A DNA stretch of 64,000 nucleotides. Source: Schizochytrium sp. TIO01. Taxonomy: Eukaryota; Protista; Bigyra: Labyrinthulomycetes. The translations under genes were made by a program, and so were the position numbers. The DNA is taken from contig SMSO01000032.1 of the NCBI GenBank assembly GCA_004764695.1, forward strand, positions 8,154,483 to 8,218,482, read 5' to 3'. The notes under the pieces were generated by a model, which saw only the letters and a list, made by a program, of their open reading frames with translations, made no database searches and was not told where the DNA came from. This document shows positions 54,701-64,000 of the stretch, in pieces (within the stretch, counting starts at the first letter, position 1; every line of letters starts with the position of its first letter).

Positions 54701-56353
54701 GGTGCTTTCATGAGCAAGCTTTGTTCACATTGTCCAAACGTCCACGTCAACGATGGCGAGCTTTCGTGCAGTCATTATCACAGTGTTGGTCATCACACTG
54801 CAATACAACATGAACCTTTATGAGACTTCTTTATTGTATTACTTTCATTTGAGGTACTTTTGATATACAGAGGTTTGTGTTCATATTTAATAAGTAGGAG
54901 ATTTGTTTAAAGACATGTTGCAGCTCGAGTACAAAGAAAGCCTCGACAGAAGCAACGTGGAGCTATTAGTCACCCAAAGATAAGGTCTGGCGGAAGTGAG
55001 GTTGTTAGAATAAACCATACATCTCTTCAAACAACATTCGACTAACTTTTAATAATGCAAATTTTACTATAGGTATTGCTGTTAATACTAAGGTTGATAG
55101 TTCGAAGACAAAGTTTAGGTTTACAATTATGATTTTGGAGCAGTTGAATAAATTGAATTAATATCAGTACTTACAACTTACAGCACAAATAGGTTCAATA
55201 TATGATGACAACAGGTTTTGTTTGTGGCAATTGGAGGGCCCAACATGATGAGTCCACCTAGCCTATGATAACTTATCTAAAGTCAGAGGTGCCGGAGCAT
55301 TTCTTAAACCTTTGAGCTATTCCAGAGACATACTGCGATGTGTTTAGGTCTAGGCATATGCAAGTGTAGTATAGACAGCATTATCACACAGATGTGGGAA
55401 TGCACCTTCAGCAATGACTCCATGGCTGTACGAGTATACCATAGGAGACATAACCTTTGGAACGAATAATGGCAAGTTGTCATGCGTTTGAAATATATCA
55501 TTGAGCACTGAGCCAAAGAATGGAACTCACACTCAATAACGCTAATTTACAACAAAGGCTTCACAAGTGGGGTGTGCGGGGGTTCAAGATCTCACTGGTA
55601 AACCTCAGAAACCATTCTGAACTTGGAGCCCTAGTGACTGTATACTTAGCACCTTTGTAGGTAGCAGATTGGAGTAATAACTTGATTGTCATGAACAAGG
55701 TCATGACGTTGCTTTCTGACTGGTAATTTTCTGTCATTTTACGACCAGTTTGGAAACCCTGTGTTCTTATTCCGCCAAGATACTATATTTCCAAAGTATT
55801 TGATCTTATTTGCTAGAGCGGGAAGTCGAGGTGCTGTATCTAGATGAGCTTTGTTACAATGAAGTATTTATATAGTCTGCCTATTTAAGCCAAGATGTGT
55901 CTCACAACGAGACGCCAGCTTCAAGTAAAGACTGAGTGATCAGTAAAACTTTATTTGGCGAAAATCACATGTCTAGTCTCATGAAGTCAGAATAAACTTT
56001 GCTGTTTCTTCACTAGAAGAAAAGACCACGGAGGAAGAACTTTTACATAAATGAACCCGCTTAGACCAATTGACGCATCGTCTTACATGAACATGTAGCA
56101 TCTCCTCAATATAAAACTAATGCACCTTAACGTGCGCACTTTGGATCTAGAGCACACGCAATCAAGCGCTAACCTTAGCTCACTCTGTTCTTCTCGGTTT
56201 ACCTTTTTCTTTTCTTTTTACAAGAAACATTGTTAATAAGCATGATTTTAGTTGAAACTTTACATTATAAAGCATTAAAAGTATTAATTTAAGAAGATAT
56301 TAAACATTGCCAGTCTCTCATTGAAGAAATAAAACAAATATAAAAATGGGCTG

Positions 56354-56398
56354 TGGAAAGGAAAGGAAAGGAAAGGAAAGGAAAGGAAAGGAAAGGAA
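56354..56398. repeat. (GGAAA)n microsatellite
   Basis: Read directly, about 8-9 copies. Confidence 0.92.
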
Positions 56399-59300
56399 TG
56401 ACATAGGAATGAATATGACATAGCAACGAAAATATTCATAAATTTATGAAACGATGCAATCGATTGTGTAGAATATTACATAAACAGAAATTGCAAAACA
56501 AATATGAGCTAACCCGAAAGTATTCGTTTGTCAACAAATTTCCTTCGACTTCTGTTTGTAATCCTTTAATTATTGACTATGTGCGAAGTACTTACAAAGT
56601 TAATTAAGTCAACCAGACCAATTTGATCGAGAAATTAAGATGTAAATGCTCACTAAATATGTCAATTGTTTTGGGGTCGTCTCTTTGTTCTAAATAGAGC
56701 TCTGCAGTAAATCTTGTAACTATCTGCATTTGTTGCTGGATCTTTTAGTTATACAAGGAAAGGGTTGAATTGAGTTCCTTTTTTGACATTGCCTTATATT
56801 TTCAAGTGGGTATTTAGAATTAAGCTAGACCTATAATTCCATACCAATATTTCTTTCATTCTTTGGAGCTCTATAGATATCCCACTTCATGATTTTGATC
56901 ATTAAGGAATTTGGTGGAAAGTTATATGAAATCTTTTATTAGTCTGTCAACGAAATGCAACATATCAAATGATTGTGCATAACAAGCAATCCTTTCTATA
57001 TGGATAATGTCTGTTCCTTTTCCCAGTTCCTAAAGTTCAATCTCACCTTAAAAGCTGAAAATAGCAATGATTATATTCATAGAGCAAACTGGTAAGAGCC
57101 AGGGATTTACTGAAGTCAGGCTATAGGAGGAAACGAATTAACATTTTTTATTGTTTGATGAATGTTCTCTATTTCCTATGTAGGCACCTAACTTGGTGAT
57201 TTTACAATATATATCCAATTACTTTGTCAATTATTTTCTCGAGAAGAAATGATTCATCAAAGTTTTGAAATACTTTGGTTTTATTTTTAATTTAAAGAAA
57301 AGGAGTACTATTCCTGCATTGAGATAAAGAAATAAACTTAAGAATTATATAGAGAACCCAGTATTTATTATTATAACCCTTAATTAACCCCTTATATCAC
57401 TGAACTATGAGTTTTCATTTTCTCTTTTGTTTTGTACCTTGAGATCTATAGGAACCAAAAGTAATCAATCCTATCGGTTACAACAGTCCTTTTAGAAATG
57501 GAGATAACTTCATTTGAATATACGCCTTTAACTTTAAATAAAAAGAGGTTCTTTCAAAGAACAGTAAACCAACCTACAACTCACTATGTCCACTCAGTAA
57601 GGCCTTTATGCTATCTCCTATTGTCACAAGTTGGTACCAAATGGTTCAGCAAAAGTTTAGGAAGTCTTGACATGTTTAGGAGGGTCTGTGCTTAGAAACA
57701 AGAATAAAAATGGGTCTACAATTTATCAATGGAGACGTTAACTTCCTTTCCCCATGGTTTGAGCTCTCCTTTTAACAATATGACTAAGCATTATTATTTT
57801 ATTTTATTTTATTTTATATTTTATATTTTATATTTTTTGTTAATGACTGACAAAAGTTGAGATGAAAGAAAAGAAAGAGCAAAAGAATAGAAGAGGGAAT
57901 GCAACAATACCACCCAAATTGTTTTGTAGAATTTGAGTGAACAAGGGGAAAAAGTAGCAGCTTGAACACAAGCAAGGAGAACCCATCGGTGAAAGGTTGC
58001 GGCTCCCGCGCAGTCTCTTGTCAGGCAAATATAATATTCGGAGAACGCGAACAATGCGTTCAAACGAATTCTTGAGGAATAAATGACGGCGATTTGCTCT
58101 ACCTGAGGTTGTACAACGTTGGTTTTGATGGTGGCGCGTTTTTTGTTTGGTACATTTCATTTTTTGCTTTTAAGGCTACTGGAGACCTCCTCAATAGTTT
58201 TGAATTATAAATTAATAAACTGCACTTGAGATTTTTTTTTGTTTTCAAATTAAGAATTAAGATAAACAAACCTCATATTCCAGACGAAAGAGAAAGAAAG
58301 CGCTTGAAACCTGCCTGTTCTGAAGGAGCGCACTGCTAATATTGTTTCTTCTATTCAGTCGTAGCTTAGACCACCTCACAGCCAGATAACCTTTTCCTTC
58401 GATTCTAACCAATTTGACAGAATCGACGCGCTTTACTATTTTTTATTTGTGATAGTCTTGAAAATTGTGCATTTTGGAGAAGATTCCGCGACTAGACAGA
58501 CTTTGGACCGCGCATTGCGTAAAACCTTTTTCTTCAATTAAAAAGTAAAAGAAAACATTATATGAAAAATAAAAGCGAGCGCGGAAAGGATGGAGCAAAG
58601 CTTCATCTTTAGTTTGTAAATATTTACTAGTCATTATTTTGGCTTTTATAGAAAACTATATACAGTGGGCGCCGCCGCTTAGTGTTGACCAAAGTTTACT
58701 ATGGATTTAACGATCTTAGGAAACCTTCGTAGACATTCAGGTTTCCTCCTCTACTTTCAAAACTTTTAGATTAAAACTGATACTAGTACACCATAAATGG
58801 GGCTTAGTTGTAGTGTTAGTGTTATTGTTATATTCACTAAATTTTTTAAGATTAAAAGGTAGCTTTGAACAGCAGCAAAAGAGTATATACTTCACCGCTT
58901 TCATTGAGTAATAAATGGTTGTCAAGAAACCTTATAAGATGCTAATAGTTCCAAACACTGTCTTTTTGGCTAGAAAGGGGAGCAGATAAGAAATAGAAAT
59001 ATAGAGTAATGCCTTATATAATGGAAACGATACGAGTGCGCAAGTAATAAGCAGTAGAGCTACACGCCATGATTTAGGAATTTGTCTGTCTCATAGATCA
59101 TCGTTGTCGTCACACCCTTCCTTGCAGATGTAGATCTTCGTTAAAGTAACACCTCCAAGCAATGATTTGGAAACAAACTTGTCTATTTACAAGCCCCCTT
59201 CAAAAGCACATCGGCGTCTCCTTGACGATTATAGGGAATGATTTTGCTTTCGAAATATTGGATGAGAAGTCCCACAGTCTTCAGATGTGTTTACCTTTGA

Positions 59301-62300
59301 AGTAGGTATGGGCTTCAAAAGCTTATGTATGCTTCAACCGCTGTTTGATTCAGTCTAATTCAGGGTTTGCACGGTCTCTGCATGATGCGCGGCACCGCCT
59401 GAGTATTAGACACTTAGACACTTACCATTTATGAGCTATCGGTTACAGAAACGGAAGACCCATTCGAAGAAGCCAGAGGATCTCGATTCTCTGCACTCAC
59501 CTGTAAATGGGTGCTGGCCATCTGTCAGAAGAGTTGAGACCAGGTACCAAAGGCCGCGGCGGCTGGTGAAAAAATCTGATAATTCAAAGAGATTCAATCG
59601 GGGGCATTTAAGATAACCCCGTTTCTTCGTTATGCACGTGTCAGTCAGCAGAAGCATCTCTTGCACTTCTTATTATGGAGCCGGAATAGATTGCCTTTGC
59701 CAGCACAAAGCACCAAGAGTAAAAGAATTGGTTTCGAAGTTGAAAAAAAGAAGACATCATTACTAAGAAGTGGGTGTGTAATTTCGAAATTTTGGCGGCT
59801 AAGGTCGTGAAACTTCTGTGACATTTCTTATCGTTCTGCAGTCTCACTTACCTTCGTAATGTTTTGTCAAATCCTCCTTGTGGTATAACGCCGATGTCGC
59901 CTGTTTCGCACTCGATTGTGGGGTTGTGAAGGTCTCAACGAGAAATTAGCGAGTGCTATCGAACACTGCTGTGGCAAAAAAGTTATGCTGTGAAGTTGCG
60001 TAACCCGGGCTTGCAAGTGTCCGGGCCAAGCAGCGAAATAGAATGAAATGTCAGCATCACAGAATTAAATGCCACTATAGTTACAGTACATCTAGACAAT
60101 TTTAAAGCCCACGTTAAGCTTTCACATACTTTATTGGATAGAATTTTTGAATTTGGTTTGTGATCTTTGTCTTCACACATTTGGGGTGTGATCAACAAGA
60201 CCTCCAATTTCAAACGTATTTAGCCCTAATAACACGAGCAATCAAGTGCACGAGATCGAGATAAAGCCAGGCAAACCTGGCACGCTTGCCAAATGACTCT
60301 ACGCTCACTTAACGCGTCAATCAATCGTTCACTGAGCGAGCCAGAGTTGCTGTTTCTGCGGCCGTACTAATCGTTCGAAAGGTTGAAGTTCGACGCGACG
60401 TAGACATGAGATTTGAGCAGCCGCAGAGTTGACCTTGTTACCTTCAACCGTCTACAATCCTACCTTAGTTTTTCAGTCGTGTGTTTGGGGGGCAAGATCA
60501 CGGTAGTCCCTGTTCTTCAGAACCTGACAGATTGTTTTTGATCATACCTAGCATAGTGTGCAGAGAGTGGAACGGTAGCTGTTTGGTTCGTATTGCGCAG
60601 TGAGAGACACTAATGGAGTTCCTACACGCGGATGCGGAGATTGTGCTTGGCGGCTCTTCAAACGTTCCGAAAGAAACCAGGACTTGAAACTTGAAAGTTT
60701 TAACACAAGGTGGCGATGCGACAGAGAAGTACCGAAAACGTCTCAAGAGAAATTAACAATCGCACTGCTATTGGACGATTGAACGCTGAGCTAAGCTAAA
60801 GTGCACTTAATTTTCAATCCACATCTGTAGATTATCAAATATACAAATATTCGAATTTTAAATTAAAAAGAGACTCTGTAACCATGTTATTAAGCTAGGT
60901 AGTACTTAGCCAAGTCACTAAGTTGTACCGAAGTCAATTTTAGTATTTTTTTTCTTTTTAATTAACTAAGTACTTGCTATATCGGCTCATCGTAATACAC
61001 TTACGAAGGCTGTTATTAGTTTCAAGGTACTTTATCTTTTGTTGTTTCTAACTGTTTAATAAATAACCACAATAATAATAAAACGACCTACGGTGCTCTT
61101 TTCTGTCTCTTTCAAGAAGGCCTGGTCAATTTGCAAATAGAAATTGGTGGTGAACATGGTACTTCAAATAACCAACAATTTCGTTCGTCAGCTGAGAAGT
61201 GCCATGAAGATAGTCTTTCAATAAATTTCCATGCACTAGCTCCAGCCCGCTCGCGCAACAATTTAAATCAACAGCAACACTCTTTAGACGCGAGATTTAG
61301 CGACTGTAAGTGTAAGCCATCAAAGTGTCTTTGCGTCTGGAGTATTGGACGGTGATTTCGACTCGCCTGACTCTTAGCTTAAACGGAATATGTGATCAGC
61401 TAAATTGAAATACCTAGCTTTGAATTGGAGTAGGCCTAAGAAGCGCTTCGTGTTCTGCTAGCCTTTTCTTAGTTTAAAACGGGCTAGAACAACTGCATGA
61501 GCCCCGTGCGTCGCTTCATTCTATTTACAGTATAGCTAACATTATAGCTAAACATTAAGGACTGTCACAGAGCATTGCCGCTTCTTGTTATTCTATAAGA
61601 AATCATTTTAATCGGAATAATACGTTGTAGGTACTTACTACTCTTTCTTTTTTGTAAACCTAATTCTTAAAACCATACATTCTAGTATTTACTTACGGGT
61701 AGTTTTGAAGGAATGTCGTCCTAGCAAGTTTGAATAAGACAAACGAACATACAAACGAGCACACAAACATCTAATGTAAAAGCAGTACGATATCAAAGAA
61801 GTAATCATCAACCGTGCCGCTGCGTTGCTGCGGGAACGTCGCTGACAAAGCTCGAGGATATGCTAGACGGCTCTTCTCAACGTAGGCATCGCCTCTAATA
61901 ATTTGAGGCAACCCGAGAAGAACTAAACCAGAACAATCATCAATACAACATTCGTAAAATCTAGGTAGTTATTGGCAGTCTGCCAGTAGGAAGATGGTTG
62001 ACTCCAGGCTTACAATCACACCTCACTGATCAGAGTCATCTACAAATTATTAAAACAGCTAAGCAACCTTACACTACAAAACCGAACTCTATCAAAAGTT
62101 TGTAAAACTGAAATCGCTATCGAATACCGAACCTAAGCTCCACTTCGTTTTTTCTTTAATGGTGGCTCTTGATTGATTTTGCGTGGCTGCCGAAGTGCTG
62201 CTCCTCTAGTTAATGGTCACAGTGCCCAAATTTCAAGGATCTAATAAAAGTTTTTTTTTTTAATCTGTAAAACATTTTTTCTTTCTTATTACAAAACTGG

Positions 62301-63156
62301 TTGATAAAAAGAAAATGGGGAGAGTGTAGAAAAAGTATTTTTAATTTTATTTAAAATAGAAATTCATTATATATATTTCTAAAAACATGTGATTTGACAT
62401 AAATAAAAACATCTTAGAAAACTTTAAATTTTAAAAGGGTCTGTGGAGTACTGTAAAAAAAAATAGTACTCACCATTTAGAAGGGAGGGGAAAGATCCAG
62501 ATTCAATCGAATTTGTGCTGCTGTATACTTCTTTCATTTCTTCGCATGAAAAACCATACATTACCTACTGCTACTCCCAGCTGAAGCCGTCGCTGGTGGT
62601 GGAGAATTCAATAATGTATATATTAATTCCATTCTGCACCACCTTTTTTTACTTTCATTCTAAAAGAAATGATATCATTTCATCCCCTTTTAATCAAAAT
62701 CAACCTGTTTAGAAAGAGAGAAGAAAAGTGTGATGCGCTTATTGTAATCTTTCATTTACTTAATTTAAAAATAACATTTTTAAAAAAAAAGCTTCCGAGT
62801 CAGGACATCTGGGCCGTGTTTTATTCGTCCTTTTGTAGGATCTGCAGAAAACAGACTTTTAAAAAGAGAGAAACAACAGAACAGAGCTTTAGTAAGTTGG
62901 CTGGCTCGGACCGACTCGAGTCTAGCGCAAAGCAATAGTGAAACCCGCTCGCTTACATCGAAAAGTTCATGTAACTTGCTTGCTTGCTTGCTTGTTGCTT
63001 GCTTTCATCTTCTGCGTGGGCCCTCCTGCAACTTCCTTGTTTTTTTTTTTCGCGCGCCTTCTTCTTCGCTCTTTGCGTTTGTTTATTCCTGAAGAATTCC
63101 ATCGATCGATTTACAATACACAATGATCGATTTACACAGTGGTTGATTTACACAGT

Positions 63157-63283
<127 letters not shown>

Positions 63284-64000
63284 TTTCGAGATGATATATA
63301 TAATGGAATCTGCAAAGACGAAGCCGCGACCCCTTGAAGGGAAGGGCCCTTTTGGCCAACCTAGGAATGAACGGCTTTGGGCATCGTAACGAAGGCCGTG
63401 GTTGTGAGCATCTGAAGGCTTTACTACTACTTCTGCACAACCGCCAGGGAAGGAGGCCCAAGACCCAAGCAAGCAAGCAAGCAAGCAGGTCCTGGCGGTC
63501 CCATCGCGAGCCTCCGCTTCATTTAAGCAAGCAAGCTGAGTTTGATTTCGAGTTATTTCCTCGCTTGCTTTCTGTTATTTATTCCCGAGCTTCAGGTCCT
63601 GCACTTGTGAGCAGTCCTTTCCCGACACGAGTCCGCGACGAGGAGGCGCGCGCACGCCTTAGTTAATCTGCCCATTTGCGCACACTTGTTGCTTCCGTGT
63701 GGGTAGCCTGGGTCCTACGAGCGCCACTACTGCCGTGCACTCCCTCTATGTTTGCGCTGCCATTGGCACACGGGTTGTATGTAATGGTTTGCCTCAGTGC
63801 CATGACTGGAGTCGCTTTCCCCGAATGCTTGCTTGCTAGCTTGCTAGCTTGCTTGCTTTGTTTGCATCGCTTGCCGCTGACTGACTGAGGTTGCGGCGGT
63901 TCTGCGAAGGCTAGAGGGAGCTAGGACAGAGTGCTTACTCCTTTGGAGCAGCGTACAGCAGCGGTCTCAGTCGTCTTTGTTTCTTTTTTGCGACATCGTC

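Noticed and set aside
59430-59620. Frame EDPFEEARGSRFSALTCKWV resembling the ABCC lasso motif
   Set aside because: Too short, interrupted by stops, and no transmembrane or nucleotide-binding remnants follow.

Overview
This is a eukaryotic, essentially intron-less, microsatellite-rich window. Its gene content (mitochondrial presequences, cytoplasmic dynein, cilium-type genes) and architecture suggest a flagellated protist, most plausibly a thraustochytrid/labyrinthulomycete stramenopile; that assignment is inference. Positions 1-38 kb are gene-dense, mostly as divergent pairs: a long coiled-coil gene running off the left edge (absent from the ORF track), a TSNAXIP1-like gene, BCKDH E2 (DBT), cytoplasmic dynein-1 intermediate chain, CWC27, a proteobacterial-type methylmalonyl-CoA epimerase-like VOC protein, an ankyrin protein, a 180-aa orphan, an EF-hand/WD40 protein, a GGNBP2 homologue, a secreted double-PA-domain protein and an ARM-repeat cytosolic carboxypeptidase. 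At 44.1-48.8 kb, between about 6 kb and about 15 kb of non-coding DNA, is the most unusual gene. It encodes a class I cyclic-nucleotide phosphodiesterase whose N-terminal region carries a pore-less four-helix voltage-sensor-like domain, i.e. a candidate 'voltage-sensing phosphodiesterase'. No tRNA, rRNA, CRISPR array or intact mobile element was recognised. All family assignments come from motif recognition by eye and memory; no database search was run.
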